Assembly (NCBI GenBank): GCA_958454115.1 | Contig: CAUEAK010000004.1 | Location: 19,235-83,234 of the forward strand | Length of the DNA stretch: 64,000 nucleotides | Reading direction: 5' to 3' | Source of the DNA: Blautia wexlerae | GTDB taxonomy: Bacteria; Bacillota; Clostridia; Lachnospirales; Lachnospiraceae | Part shown: positions 29,755 through 40,759 of the stretch, piece after piece | Numbering within the stretch: the first letter of the stretch is position 1 | How the letters are laid out: each line of letters begins with the position of its first letter | Notes under the pieces: model-generated | Database searches by the model: none | What the model was told of the DNA's origin: nothing | The model's input: only the letters and a program-made list of their open reading frames with translations | Position numbers and translations under genes: made by a program

Positions 29755-32700
29755 TTGGCAGAAACGATAAGGATAGAGATTCCTGTTGATGTGGTCGATA
29801 ATACCGGTTCCGGAACGTCGAGTGTGACCAGGAATCTCACTGCAATGGAAAGAGCGTTCGAGAGAGCGGATAGGGCGGCACAACGATTCCAGCGTAGATC
29901 AGGCGTAGCGGCTGAGATAGAAATAGGAGCAGACGACAATGCAACCCCGGTTCTTTCAGCTGTTGAAAATGCTACGGAGCAGATAGACGGAGAGACGGCA
30001 CAAGTTGAAGTTGCGGCAGATGATTCTGCTACGCAGACGGTCAATGCTGCTTCGGATGCTGTAGAAAATTTTGACGGTACTTCCGGAGATGCAGAAATAG
30101 GAGCAGACGATAGCGCCACCCCGGTAGTATCCGCCGCTTCTGATGCGGTGGAGAATTTCGATGGAATGAGTGGGGATGCTGAGATTGGAGCATCTGATGA
30201 AGCTACGCCGGTTATCCGGGCCGCACAGGATGCAGCGGAATCATGGGGAGGAAGCGTGTTTAATGCTACTATTGGTGTCATAGATGCGGCAACCGCTCCT
30301 ATTTCTGCGCTTGCAAGTGCAGCAAAAAATCCGGTTGTGCAAGGGGCATCGTTGATCGGTGCCAGTTTCGGTGTGGCAGAATCGGTTAATTCCTTCCAGG
30401 ACTTCGAGTCTATGATGTCACAGGTAAAAGCTATATCCGGCGCAACAGGACAGGAGTTTGATGATCTGACCGCAAAAGCACAGGAGATGGGCGCAACGAC
30501 CAAGTTTACGGCTACAGAATCAGCTGAGGCGTTTAATTACATGGCTATGGCAGGATGGAAGCCACAACAGATGATTGATGGTATATCCGGTATTATGAGT
30601 CTTGCAGCAGCATCTGGCGAAGACCTTGGTACGACTTCCGATATTGTGACAGATGCGCTGACAGCTTTCGGATTACAGGCGGGTGATGCAGGGCATTTTG
30701 CTGATGTTCTTGCTCAGGCGAGTGCCAATGCCAACACAAATGTGTCAATGCTTGGAGAATCGTTTAAATATGTCGCTCCTGTTGCTGGCGCTATGAATTA
30801 CAGCGTTGAAGATACATCTCTTGCGCTTGGTTTAATGGCAAATGCAAGTATTAAAGGTAGCATGGCCGGTACCGCACTTAAAACATCTTTGGCAAATATG
30901 GCGGCACCTACAGACAGCATGGCAGCAGCTATGGATAAATACGGAATCAGCCTTACAGATTCTGAGGGAAACATGAAATCCCTTCGAGGAGTAATAGATA
31001 ATCTTCGAGGAAGCTTGGGTGGACTTTCTGAGACTGAGCAGACAGCAGCAGCTTCAACCATTTTTGGAAAAGAGGCCATGGCCGGCATGTTAGCAATCAT
31101 CAACGCCAGTGAAGAGGATTACAACAAGCTGAGCACAGCAATTGGCAATTCAAAAGATGCGGCAGAGGGAATGGCTGACACGATGCTGGACAACCTTAAA
31201 GGCTCCTTTACATTAATGCAGAGTGCTATCGAAGGTACGGAGAATGCCTTTGGAAAACGGTTGTCTCCGTATTTAAGAGGAATTGCAGGTGGAATTACCG
31301 ATATGATGCCTGAGATAACGGATGGAATCAATGCGGTTATGGATGTGGCAGATGATAAGATTGCAGGCGTAAAACGCAAGATCACTGACATGACCGGTTC
31401 TGATGAATGGAAGAATGCGGATCTGTTTGGAAAGATAGACATAGCATGGGATTCAATAATCGCAAAGCCGTTCGGGAATTGGGTTTCTGGAGATGGCGCG
31501 CAATTAATATCAAGCGGGCTTGGCACATTATTTTCGAGTGCAGCGGCTATTCTTCCTGGCGGTGAAAAAGCGGGATTAACATCTTGGTTAAGTGCAGGGA
31601 TTCTTGCAAAAGGAGCAGCTACGGTTGCTCAAAAAGGGAAAAACATAGTGGAAACCTTGTCTCCTATCGGAGATGCTATTGGCAGCATCACAGAGGCAGC
31701 TGGAAATGCAAACGATGTGATGGACTTTGCAGGCAATCTGAGTTCTATGATTCCTGTAGGAGCGAAAGTTGGACTTGCGGCAGCGGGAATTACAGCTGCG
31801 ATCATCGGCATTAAGCTTGCGATCGACAAGTACAATGAGACACAGCTGGAAAATAGTCTTGAAGATCATTTCGGAAAGATTAAATTATCTGCAGACGAAG
31901 TCAAAGATGCGGCGGCAGGAATACTGAATCAGAAGTACCTTACCAATGTCGAATTGGCATTAAATGAAGTACAGAATGCCGACAATCTACGAGCTGAAGC
32001 GCAGAAAGCTTTGGAATCAAATGATGTTCTTGAATTCAAGAGCAGAGTTGGAATCACTTTGACAGCTGATGAACAGCAGGAATATACGGATAATATTAAT
32101 ACTTTTGTTGAAAGTAAGATATCTGAACTGGAGAGTCGTACATTTGCGGCTCACATTCATGTCCAGACATATCTCGGAGGGACAGAAGATGGACAGACAT
32201 TAGCCCAGAACATCAAGGAATGGGCTAGAGCGGACAATTTAGAGCTATCCGATTTATCCAGTCAGTTGTCACAAAAGGTCTCAGAAGCCCTGAAAGACGG
32301 CATCATTGATGTGAATGAAGAAGAAGCTATTAGTGCATTGCAGGAGAAGATGAATAACATTACTGCCCGCTGGAAAGAAGCCGAAGCACAAGCGCAGTGG
32401 GACTGGATTAAACAGGAATACGGACATATGAGCGCTGCTGACCTGGAAAGCGGTTCGTTTACAGACTTGATGGATGAAATGCGAAGCCAGCGCGAGACTG
32501 CAATGGAAAGCATTAAAGCAGATACGACTCAGTGGTATTCGGAATTGGAGGCAATGAAGGACTATGGAAGAATTACTCCTGAACAGTATGAGAGCTACAA
32601 AGAACAGACTGGGTGGTATGTAAGAGGACAGCAAGGCTCCGAATTAGCCAAGAGTCTTGAACTTGGAAGTAATACCCTGAATGATACATATGGCGAGAAG

Positions 32701-34503
32701 ATTACTGGAAACATCCAGACGCTTACAGAAACTGCACAGAATGCTTTGAAGAGTGCGGAAACCAGCTTACAAAGCGGAGCTTATGGTACGATTGCAAGCA
32801 CCTTTGATAATATGTTTACGTCTATGGATAATGGAAAAGGCTTCCTGGGAATTGGTGCAAATGCCGATCAGAGAGCACTAAACGAATTGTATCAGTCGAT
32901 GGCTCCGGATGTTAGTCAGATGGGAAGCCTGATTGACCAGTACAGAGAAGCAGGACAGGCAGTGCCACAAAGCCTTATGGATGGGTACAAGGAAGCAATC
33001 GAAGTTGGTGCGGCAGCAGGTGACGTTGATGCGGCTTGGCAGAATTACGCAAACCAGATTCTCGAATCTGGAAGCGAAGAAATGAAGAGTGTTTTGACGG
33101 ATCCGAATAATCCGATGTACGAAAGCGTACGAGAGCAGTTGCCTGATGAGCTTAGAACTGCAATTGACAGGGCTACAGCAGAAACGACTGACAATGAAAT
33201 TACACTTGAAGGTCTGAAAGCTTCTGTCGATGGTGACGTAGACATAGATAAGGATGCATGGGTATCAGCGCTGAATGAAAAACTGGGAGATCTTGCAACT
33301 ACTGAAGAGGTTACTGCTGACAGCATAAAGATTAAAGTTGAGCAGGGGGATTGCCTTTGGGAAATTGGCAATGCTCTTGGAATTGACTGGCAGACTATTG
33401 CGGAACAGAATGGCATCGAAAGCCCATACGTTATTCATCCAGATCAGGAACTCACCATCTCCATGGACACAATAACTGCTGAAATGGACGGAGATAAGGC
33501 GCAGGCTGCTATCGAGCAGGCAATGTCGGCTCTGGATGCTGAAGGGGCTGAAATGTCCGTTACAGCAGAAGGAGTGAAAGTTGATCTGGCAAATGTTGAA
33601 GTGGATTCCGATGTAGCAGCAGCTCAAATTGAAGCGGCTCTTGGTATGGAATCCGGGACACTTGCAGCCAACGGCATTGAAGTACAGGCAGGAGCAACCG
33701 TAACAATTCCGCAGGAACTGGTACAGGTTGATACTTCTGGTATACAGAGCGCAACCGCAGAACAGACCGAAACGGAACCGGTTGAGACAGATACAACTGC
33801 AAACGTTAATATCACTGATGCGACCACAGATGCGTCCGGAGCAAAAGAGCAGGCACAGTCAGAGGTAGAATCTACATTCTCTGAATCTATGCCGACAGAC
33901 GGACACACTGACGTAACACTCGATCAAACAAATAATGCCGCTGAAGTATATTCTGAAGTTGCAGGAGAAGTACAGTCTACATTTTCAAATCCGATTCCTG
34001 CGTCTTGTACAGTTAATGTAACTCTTGACTGGCATATCACGAACCCTAGCGCCGGAATAACAACATCTGGAAGCGGTTCTTCTGTAAAGGCATCTATTGC
34101 AGGCAATGCGGAGGGAAGCATCGTTACCGGACCGTTATTATCCTGGGTAGGCGAAGATGGTCCAGAAGCCATTATTCCTCTTGGCTCAAAACGCCGAGAC
34201 AGAGGCATGGACTTGTGGTTACAGGCTGGACGGGCATTGGGTGTCAAAGAGTATGCAGACGGCGGCATGATTGGAGATGTCCCACTGTCAGGAGGTTCCT
34301 CAGACTCATCTTCCGGAAGTTCTGGTAACAATGGCGATAAAGGACAAATCGTTGTCAATATGAATCCTGTCTTCAACATTAACGGAGAGGGCGGCAATGA
34401 CACAGTAAATTCAATCAAAGAGAAACTGAAAGAGTTAATTAACGAAATGTCCGGAGAACTGGCATCAAGATTACTCGAATCATACGCAAATATGCCGACG
34501 TAG
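29755..34503 (+). CDS. Tape measure protein with internal LysM domain
   Basis: About 1,580 aa, TP901-type core ('FESMMSQVKAISGAT...MGATTKFTATESA'), LysM at about 33331-33459; likely TTG start at 29755. Confidence 0.9.
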   Translation: MAETIRIEIPVDVVDNTGSGTSSVTRNLTAMERAFERADRAAQRFQRRSGVAAEIEIGADDNATPVLSAVENATEQIDGETAQVEVAADDSATQTVNAASDAVENFDGTSGDAEIGADDSATPVVSAASDAVENFDGMSGDAEIGASDEATPVIRAAQDAAESWGGSVFNATIGVIDAATAPISALASAAKNPVVQGASLIGASFGVAESVNSFQDFESMMSQVKAISGATGQEFDDLTAKAQEMGATTKFTATESAEAFNYMAMAGWKPQQMIDGISGIMSLAAASGEDLGTTSDIVTDALTAFGLQAGDAGHFADVLAQASANANTNVSMLGESFKYVAPVAGAMNYSVEDTSLALGLMANASIKGSMAGTALKTSLANMAAPTDSMAAAMDKYGISLTDSEGNMKSLRGVIDNLRGSLGGLSETEQTAAASTIFGKEAMAGMLAIINASEEDYNKLSTAIGNSKDAAEGMADTMLDNLKGSFTLMQSAIEGTENAFGKRLSPYLRGIAGGITDMMPEITDGINAVMDVADDKIAGVKRKITDMTGSDEWKNADLFGKIDIAWDSIIAKPFGNWVSGDGAQLISSGLGTLFSSAAAILPGGEKAGLTSWLSAGILAKGAATVAQKGKNIVETLSPIGDAIGSITEAAGNANDVMDFAGNLSSMIPVGAKVGLAAAGITAAIIGIKLAIDKYNETQLENSLEDHFGKIKLSADEVKDAAAGILNQKYLTNVELALNEVQNADNLRAEAQKALESNDVLEFKSRVGITLTADEQQEYTDNINTFVESKISELESRTFAAHIHVQTYLGGTEDGQTLAQNIKEWARADNLELSDLSSQLSQKVSEALKDGIIDVNEEEAISALQEKMNNITARWKEAEAQAQWDWIKQEYGHMSAADLESGSFTDLMDEMRSQRETAMESIKADTTQWYSELEAMKDYGRITPEQYESYKEQTGWYVRGQQGSELAKSLELGSNTLNDTYGEKITGNIQTLTETAQNALKSAETSLQSGAYGTIASTFDNMFTSMDNGKGFLGIGANADQRALNELYQSMAPDVSQMGSLIDQYREAGQAVPQSLMDGYKEAIEVGAAAGDVDAAWQNYANQILESGSEEMKSVLTDPNNPMYESVREQLPDELRTAIDRATAETTDNEITLEGLKASVDGDVDIDKDAWVSALNEKLGDLATTEEVTADSIKIKVEQGDCLWEIGNALGIDWQTIAEQNGIESPYVIHPDQELTISMDTITAEMDGDKAQAAIEQAMSALDAEGAEMSVTAEGVKVDLANVEVDSDVAAAQIEAALGMESGTLAANGIEVQAGATVTIPQELVQVDTSGIQSATAEQTETEPVETDTTANVNITDATTDASGAKEQAQSEVESTFSESMPTDGHTDVTLDQTNNAAEVYSEVAGEVQSTFSNPIPASCTVNVTLDWHITNPSAGITTSGSGSSVKASIAGNAEGSIVTGPLLSWVGEDGPEAIIPLGSKRRDRGMDLWLQAGRALGVKEYADGGMIGDVPLSGGSSDSSSGSSGNNGDKGQIVVNMNPVFNINGEGGNDTVNSIKEKLKELINEMSGELASRLLESYANMPT

Positions 34504-34517
34504 AAAGGGGAGAGGGC

Positions 34518-35219
34518 ATGGAGATATATTTAAAAGAGGCGGCAAATAAGCAATCTTGTCTTCGCTTTCCTTCTCTCCCAGACAAGGAGATTACTGTTAA
34601 GGGAAATTCAAAATACCAGAAGTACGATCTGATAAAAAAAGGAACCTTTGCATTTCCGGCTGGTCCGGATATCAGATCATATGAATGGGATGGATACCTC
34701 TGGGGAAGAGCCAGAAAAAAGATGTCCACCATACATACGAAGTGGCTGGATCCGAAATCTGTTATAAAGAAGCTGGAAAACTGGCGAGATAAGGGAACGG
34801 TTCTGAACCTTATCATTTCTGCCGGCGGCGGCATCAATGTTGATGTGACGATTAATAGCTTTGAATATAAGAAATTTGGCGGGAAAGGAGATTACTTTTA
34901 TAGCATTTCCTTTTATCGTTATCGTCCGCTTAAAATCCAGACCACAAAGGACCTTGGCATTGATAAGAAGAAAAAGAAGACGACAGCCCGAACGAACCTG
35001 AAAAAGAGTTCAACAGATAAGAAAAAACAGACATACACCATTAAAACTGGTGACTGCCTGTGGAATATCGCAAAGAAATTTTACGGATCAGGAGCAGATT
35101 GGAAAAAGATTTATGATGCAAATAAGACAGCGATAGAAAAGGCTGCGAAAAAATACGGGCATAAGGATAGCAACCAAGGGGACTGGATATTCCCTGGCAC
35201 TATCCTTACGATACCGTAA
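34518..35219 (+). CDS. XkdP-like LysM tail protein
   Basis: 'YTIKTGDCLWNIAKKFYGSG...IFPGTILTIP'. Confidence 0.8.
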   Translation: MEIYLKEAANKQSCLRFPSLPDKEITVKGNSKYQKYDLIKKGTFAFPAGPDIRSYEWDGYLWGRARKKMSTIHTKWLDPKSVIKKLENWRDKGTVLNLIISAGGGINVDVTINSFEYKKFGGKGDYFYSISFYRYRPLKIQTTKDLGIDKKKKKTTARTNLKKSSTDKKKQTYTIKTGDCLWNIAKKFYGSGADWKKIYDANKTAIEKAAKKYGHKDSNQGDWIFPGTILTIP

Positions 35220-35231
35220 AGGAGGCATTAT

Positions 35232-36482
35232 ATGATTGATCCGCTGAAATATTCTTATTATTTAGTCCTCGTGACTGAAAAAAAGAAAAAATATGACATC
35301 ACCAATTTTGTCGAAGATTTGGGATGGGAAGAGCTGGAAAACGAACTTGCAGCCAGATTGTCGTGCACTGTAAAGAATGATAAGACCACAAAAGGCAGGA
35401 TTTCCAGTTTGTCTAAACCGGGATGTTATTTGTACTTGTATTATCGGTACAAGACTGGAACTGCACAGGAAGCTATGCGTGGCCGGATTGTAGAATGGAA
35501 TCCATCTGCAAAGTCAAGCAGTCAACCATTAAAGCTGAAGGCCTATGATAACCTGTATGATTTGCAGGAGTCGGAAGACTGTGTATATTATTCTTCCGGA
35601 GCAAGAACCAAGCAGGTTATACAGGATTATTTCAAGAAATGGGGTATACCAATTGGTAAATATACCGGACCTGATGTGGTCCACGGAGTTATTAAGGAAG
35701 ACAAGAAGAAACTCGGCACAATGGTCAAAGATATTCTGGATGAAGCGAAGAAAAAGGGTGGGGGCTATTCTGCAATCCGTTCTGTCAAGGGCAAAGCCCA
35801 GATTCTGGCAATTGGCAGCAACAAGAACATTTATCATTTTGCCGAAACAGAAAATCTGATAAGTGTTTCTCATAAGATCAGCACTTCGGGAATGGTTACG
35901 CGAGTAAAGATTCTCGGAGAAGCAGACGATGATAAGCGCAGACCTGTAGAAGCAACGGTCGATGGTCAGACAAAGTACGGCATTCGCCAGAAAATACTTA
36001 CAAGAGGCAAGGATGATAGCTTAGATGAAGCAAAAAAAGAGGCAAAGGAAGTCCTTGATGATGATGGAAAGCCGAAAGAGGAAATCAAGGTAGTTACTAT
36101 CGACATTCCTATCATCCGAAAAGGAGATATTATCCATCTTAAAATGTCAACTGGATCAGGGTATTACTGGGTAAAGGCAATTACTCATGATTGCGACAAG
36201 ATGGAAATGACTATGACTTTAAAGAAAACTAAGCTGAAATCTTCGTCTTCGAAAAAGGATAACAAGAAAAAGGATGGAGATTACAGCATCGGAGATACAG
36301 TCAACTTCCATGGCGGCTATCATTATGTTTCTTCGGATGCAACGTCAGGATATAAGGTAAGCGCCGGAAAGGCGACAATAACACACAGTAATCCGGGCAG
36401 TGCTCATCCATGGTGCTTGGAAAATGTTAACTGGGCTGAGACCCATGTATGCGGCTGGGTAGACGAAGGCTCGTTTGATTAG
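35232..36482 (+). CDS. XkdQ-like baseplate hub
   Basis: Synteny; 'YDITNFV', 'KAYDNL', 'KYGIRQK'. Confidence 0.7.
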   Translation: MIDPLKYSYYLVLVTEKKKKYDITNFVEDLGWEELENELAARLSCTVKNDKTTKGRISSLSKPGCYLYLYYRYKTGTAQEAMRGRIVEWNPSAKSSSQPLKLKAYDNLYDLQESEDCVYYSSGARTKQVIQDYFKKWGIPIGKYTGPDVVHGVIKEDKKKLGTMVKDILDEAKKKGGGYSAIRSVKGKAQILAIGSNKNIYHFAETENLISVSHKISTSGMVTRVKILGEADDDKRRPVEATVDGQTKYGIRQKILTRGKDDSLDEAKKEAKEVLDDDGKPKEEIKVVTIDIPIIRKGDIIHLKMSTGSGYYWVKAITHDCDKMEMTMTLKKTKLKSSSSKKDNKKKDGDYSIGDTVNFHGGYHYVSSDATSGYKVSAGKATITHSNPGSAHPWCLENVNWAETHVCGWVDEGSFD

Positions 36483-36490
36483 GAGGGCAT

Positions 36491-36841
36491 ATGGCATATG
36501 ACAGTAATGACGGTGTCGCACGATTAGCTGCGGTATTAGATGCAAGAATGAGAGATCATGCAGATAAGCCGCTCTGCCTTGATTTTGCAGAGATTCAGGC
36601 AGACGGCAGCCTGCTCTCGAATACATTTCCGATTCCAATTCCCAAGAGTGATTACAGAGTTTGTAGGCAATTAACTCTTGGAAAGACGGGAGATGCATTT
36701 TGCGATGTCCGGGCAGATGAACATTCTGGAAAAGCATATCTTCCGGAATCTATGCGGCAGTTGCAGGCCGGAGACAGAGTGTTGATTGCGTGGGTGCAAG
36801 ACACTGCTGTTGTGATCGACATTATAACCAGACCGGTATAA
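36491..36841 (+). CDS. XkdR-like baseplate/spike protein
   Basis: 'LQAGDRVLIAW...VVIDII'. Confidence 0.6.
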   Translation: MAYDSNDGVARLAAVLDARMRDHADKPLCLDFAEIQADGSLLSNTFPIPIPKSDYRVCRQLTLGKTGDAFCDVRADEHSGKAYLPESMRQLQAGDRVLIAWVQDTAVVIDIITRPV

Positions 36842-36862
36842 GAGGACAGTATAGGAGGACAT

Positions 36863-37315
36863 ATGGCAGACAATAACTTATATCCGGTGGTGGATATACC
36901 GGAATATGAGGAAGAAAATGAAGAATATGATACAGAGTACAAGCCATCTGTGGCGTGGGACTTAGAGAAAGGAGATTTCGTTTGTAAATCTCCTTTTTGT
37001 ATGCTCAAAAGCGAAGGACTTGAAGCGTACAAGATATGGTGCGTGAAGGCCGTATCAACAGAAAGATATAGTTGCCTCGGGTACGACGATGACATCGGTG
37101 CAGAGATGGAAGATGCCATGAAGGAAGAAGATGACACAGCTGTGGAACTGGCAATTGAACGTACCATAGAAGAGGCTCTGATGGTAAATCCAAGGACTGA
37201 ATCCGTAGAGGACTTTGAGTTCTCATGGGAACCATCTGTGGTTTATGTGAAATTTACAGTGTACGCAATACACTGGGAGAAATTTGATTTAGAAGTAACA
37301 TTGAAAAGGAGATGA
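36863..37315 (+). CDS. XkdS-like (DUF2634) baseplate protein
   Basis: 'WCVKAVSTERY...IEEALMVNPRTESV'. Confidence 0.75.
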   Translation: MADNNLYPVVDIPEYEEENEEYDTEYKPSVAWDLEKGDFVCKSPFCMLKSEGLEAYKIWCVKAVSTERYSCLGYDDDIGAEMEDAMKEEDDTAVELAIERTIEEALMVNPRTESVEDFEFSWEPSVVYVKFTVYAIHWEKFDLEVTLKRR

Positions 37316-37319
37316 GAAT

Positions 37320-38450
37320 TTGACAGAAGAATTTGTAACTCCAGAATTTATAGATAATAGTGATCCTGATACGATCCAATCCAGGATGATGAACAATCTG
37401 CCTGTTGATATCTCTGATATGCCGGCAGATTTCCCATACGATTTCACAATGCCAACAGCGATTGAAATATCGAGGTTAATACAGTATAACCTTACCCGGA
37501 CATTGATGTTGATGTTCCCGATGTGGGCTTGGGGTCAATGGCTTGATTTGCATGGTGTATCTGCAAAGGTTACACGAAAGCAGGCGAGCAGAGCATCCGG
37601 TCATGTGACCGTCGTAGGCACCGCTGGAACGATTATCGAGGAAGGGACGGTATTTTGTACAGAAGGTACGACAGATGTCGAATCTGTTGAATTTGCGACG
37701 ACTGAGGAAGCAACTATACCAGAGCAGGGAACGGTTGACATACCTGTTGCGTCTGTTCTCACAGGAGCTTCTTATAATGTGACAAGAAATACTGTGACAT
37801 TGCAGAAACAGCCAAACAAGAATGTTACTTCTGTGACGAATGAGAATCCTATCAGGGGTGGCACAGACGAAGAGGACGACGACACATACCGAGAAAGAAT
37901 CCTTGAAAAGCTTCGCTCCGCAGAGGTTTCCTTTGTAGGATGTGACGCAGATTATGTCCGTTGGGCGAAAGAAGTATCTGGTGTTGGTTCTGCCGTGGTC
38001 GAAGCTGAATGGAAAGGACCTGGCACCGTTAAGGTTGTTGTTGCGGATCCGGATGGTTCTGCGGTTGGAGAAGATACTCTAAAAGCAGTTGAAGACTATA
38101 TTGTATCCCCAAAGGACAGAATGAAGCGTTTGGCTCCGATTGGAGCATCCGTAACGATATCTACAGTGAAGGACATGACTGTATCCTACAGTGCAGTGCT
38201 TGAACTGGAAAGCAATTACAGTATCGACAATGTAAAGGAAGCATTCCTGACAGCATTAAAGACCTACTACAGGGAAGCTAAGGACAGTGAAGAAATTCGG
38301 TATACGGTTGCATCTGCATTGTTGTCTAATACAGCTGGAGTAATTGACTTTTCAGATTTTCGCATAAATGAAAATACGAACAACATATCGGTTGCAGCAG
38401 ACTATTATCCAATCACAACTGCGACGGAGCTTAATTTTACGGAGGGATAG
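37320..38450 (+). CDS. Baseplate J / XkdT-like wedge protein
   Basis: 'GGTDEEDDDTYRERI', 'DYVRWAKEVSGVG', 'GPGTVKV'. Confidence 0.88.
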   Translation: MTEEFVTPEFIDNSDPDTIQSRMMNNLPVDISDMPADFPYDFTMPTAIEISRLIQYNLTRTLMLMFPMWAWGQWLDLHGVSAKVTRKQASRASGHVTVVGTAGTIIEEGTVFCTEGTTDVESVEFATTEEATIPEQGTVDIPVASVLTGASYNVTRNTVTLQKQPNKNVTSVTNENPIRGGTDEEDDDTYRERILEKLRSAEVSFVGCDADYVRWAKEVSGVGSAVVEAEWKGPGTVKVVVADPDGSAVGEDTLKAVEDYIVSPKDRMKRLAPIGASVTISTVKDMTVSYSAVLELESNYSIDNVKEAFLTALKTYYREAKDSEEIRYTVASALLSNTAGVIDFSDFRINENTNNISVAADYYPITTATELNFTEG

Positions 38451-38452
38451 AG

Positions 38453-39211
38453 ATGCATATAGATAATGTTGATCTGGAACATTTTCCTGCAAATGAGGTT
38501 GCTCAGAGGCTCCTGACGTATGTGACGAGAGGATGGTATGATAAGTCGTACGTCGGAAAATGGATTTTTGAGGTCATGGGTTTAGAACTGGATACGGCAA
38601 TCAAAAGGATTGAAGAAGCGCAAAGTCAGTCATTTCCGGAAACGGCGGCATGGGGAATGTATTTTCATGAACTGACATATGGAATACCGATTGACAGGAC
38701 AAAAGACATTGATGATCGCCGAAAAGCAGTCGTGAATCGGCGCGATAGGACGTCCAGATCGTCCATTACGCCTTATAGACTGGAAAACATTATACAGACC
38801 GTATTTGGGCTTTCTGCGAGCGTCTCGGAGCAGGTTGAGAAGTATATCTTCAATGTAGATTTGCTTATTGGTGCTGACTATCCGATATATTCCGTCGATA
38901 TTCTGCTGGGATATATCCGCAAAATAAAGCCATCTCATCTGTCAATGCAGGCTCGATATGTTATTGAAGCCGCAATATGCAGTGAGAGGGAAAGAGTTCT
39001 ATTCCCAGCGTTAGATATAGGAATGCAGCATACCTGGATGGAAGGATATTCTGTGCCGTTAATAGAAGTTAAATGCGAGATAACAGAAAAGCTTCCGGTC
39101 GGAATGACTGGGAATGTAATGATCTACAAGAACCTTAATCAGTGGAATGGTGAGTATAAATGGGATGGAACGATAAAATTTGATACAGAAGTAACAACGG
39201 AGGAATTGTGA
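38453..39211 (+). CDS. XkdU/YmfQ-like (DUF2313) baseplate protein
   Basis: 'PETAAWG...YGIP...IRKIKPSHL'. Confidence 0.7.
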   Translation: MHIDNVDLEHFPANEVAQRLLTYVTRGWYDKSYVGKWIFEVMGLELDTAIKRIEEAQSQSFPETAAWGMYFHELTYGIPIDRTKDIDDRRKAVVNRRDRTSRSSITPYRLENIIQTVFGLSASVSEQVEKYIFNVDLLIGADYPIYSVDILLGYIRKIKPSHLSMQARYVIEAAICSERERVLFPALDIGMQHTWMEGYSVPLIEVKCEITEKLPVGMTGNVMIYKNLNQWNGEYKWDGTIKFDTEVTTEEL

Positions 39212-39582
39212 TGGAAGGAAAGGTAACAGTAGTAGGAAGGACGAAAATCCTGAGAGCCAGAGCCGGAGAGATCACTCTGCCTAAGATTGTAGGATTTGCG
39301 TTTGGAAGTGGCGGCTCGAATGGTTCAACAGTTCTTAGTCCGGGAGAAACATTGAAAAATGAATTTCTTCGAAAAGCGGTAGATGGACATACACTTAAAA
39401 CCAATGAAAACAAGTGTGAATATTATTGCACATTAAATGGATCTGAAGCCAACGGAAAGAGCATAAGTGAGATCGGATTGTATGACTCTGAAGGAGACAT
39501 CATCATGATTGCTAATTTTCTTCCAAAAGGTAAAGATTCGAATGTATCAATGAGATTTGAAATTGATGATGTTTTACAGTAA
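39211..39582 (+). CDS. Tail-collar/fibre attachment protein
   Basis: 'FAFGSGG...ISEIGLYDSEGDII'. Confidence 0.65.
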   Translation: MEGKVTVVGRTKILRARAGEITLPKIVGFAFGSGGSNGSTVLSPGETLKNEFLRKAVDGHTLKTNENKCEYYCTLNGSEANGKSISEIGLYDSEGDIIMIANFLPKGKDSNVSMRFEIDDVLQ

Positions 39583-39596
39583 GGAGATGATTATAT

Positions 39597-40199
39597 ATGG
39601 CGAACGTGGTTATCCCGGAGAATCCGGAGTTCAATGAAGCTTTGAGAATCATCGAGACAAAGGATCTGGTTCATGCGGATGTAGTAAATCCTATGTTTAG
39701 GACATTACTGCTTAATACTATATATCTCGAACGACGGGTAGCAAAGATGATCGAACGGATTGACACACTTGCGATTGACAATACCTATGGAGGACCAGAG
39801 CTGTCGGCGGATGCAAATATCGTAGATGCAAGCGCGCAGTTCAGCGTTATCAGGAAAACGTCGTCGACAGCATCAGTACAGACACTGTTTCAAAAAGCAA
39901 TCGATAGTCTCAGAAAAGGACTCTATAGCTTGTTGATTAGAGTGAAAGTGAACTCAAATTCAAATAACGGCGGGCTAATCGAATTAAATGTAACGTCTGG
40001 CGGAGCGATATTGGAAACCAGAACTATTACTGCAAATATGTTTGAAAGAGCAGGAGTTTATCAGACGTTTGGACTTAATGTTGAATTGAATGATACGGTT
40101 ACTATTACTGCGAGATTGCTGAAAAATAGCGCAAATATAACGGTGTCCGTTGATTATGTCATGCTTCAGCCGGCTCAGACAGCAATCACGAGTTTGTAG
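39597..40199 (+). CDS. Putative tail-fibre proximal protein with beta-sandwich C-terminus
   Basis: N-terminal 'IETKDLVHADVVN...LLNTIYL' fibre-attachment-type motif; position. Confidence 0.5.
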   Translation: MANVVIPENPEFNEALRIIETKDLVHADVVNPMFRTLLLNTIYLERRVAKMIERIDTLAIDNTYGGPELSADANIVDASAQFSVIRKTSSTASVQTLFQKAIDSLRKGLYSLLIRVKVNSNSNNGGLIELNVTSGGAILETRTITANMFERAGVYQTFGLNVELNDTVTITARLLKNSANITVSVDYVMLQPAQTAITSL

Positions 40200-40210
40200 G
40201 CGGTGGCTAT

Positions 40211-40741
40211 ATGATATCAGCAGAGAGACTTGTAGAATTGCGGGCAAAAGTAAAAAAAGAAATGGCAAGGAGAAGCTGTGTGGAGCATGGTTCAAGCGCT
40301 TCAATGAATAAATTTGCTGCAAATTATGATTATAATGCTGTTCCGGTCACTGGGGGAGACATTACAGATGAACATATACAAAAGGTTATTGATCCGCTGC
40401 TTAATGTAGCGGATTTTTTGCAGAATAACAGCCTGCAACAGAGTCATAGTGGAGCAGATGTGATCGTCGATCAGGCGGAGAAATTTGTTGATACCCTTGC
40501 AAAAATAGATAAGCAGGCAAGTGATAGTGGGTGCAGAGGACTCTGTACGGGGTTATGTGTAGGTTCTTGCACATCTGGCTGTCAGGGATGCACTGGGTGT
40601 ACTGGTGGTTGCGATACCACTTGCGCAAAGAGTTGTTCAGATGGCTGTTCTACATCCTGCGGTGGTTGTTCAGATGGCTGTTTTTCTGGATGCACACATA
40701 CCTGTGGTTCCGGATGTACAACCGGCGCGATGACTACATAA
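40211..40741 (+). CDS. CxxxC-repeat protein 1 (about 107-aa N-domain + 17-Cys tract); putative radical-SAM substrate
   Basis: C-terminal 'GCRGLCTGLCVGSCTSGCQGCTGCTGGCDTTC...'; same operon as the radical SAM gene. Confidence 0.75.
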   Translation: MISAERLVELRAKVKKEMARRSCVEHGSSASMNKFAANYDYNAVPVTGGDITDEHIQKVIDPLLNVADFLQNNSLQQSHSGADVIVDQAEKFVDTLAKIDKQASDSGCRGLCTGLCVGSCTSGCQGCTGCTGGCDTTCAKSCSDGCSTSCGGCSDGCFSGCTHTCGSGCTTGAMTT

Positions 40742-40759
40742 TGAGAGGAGGTGATATCT

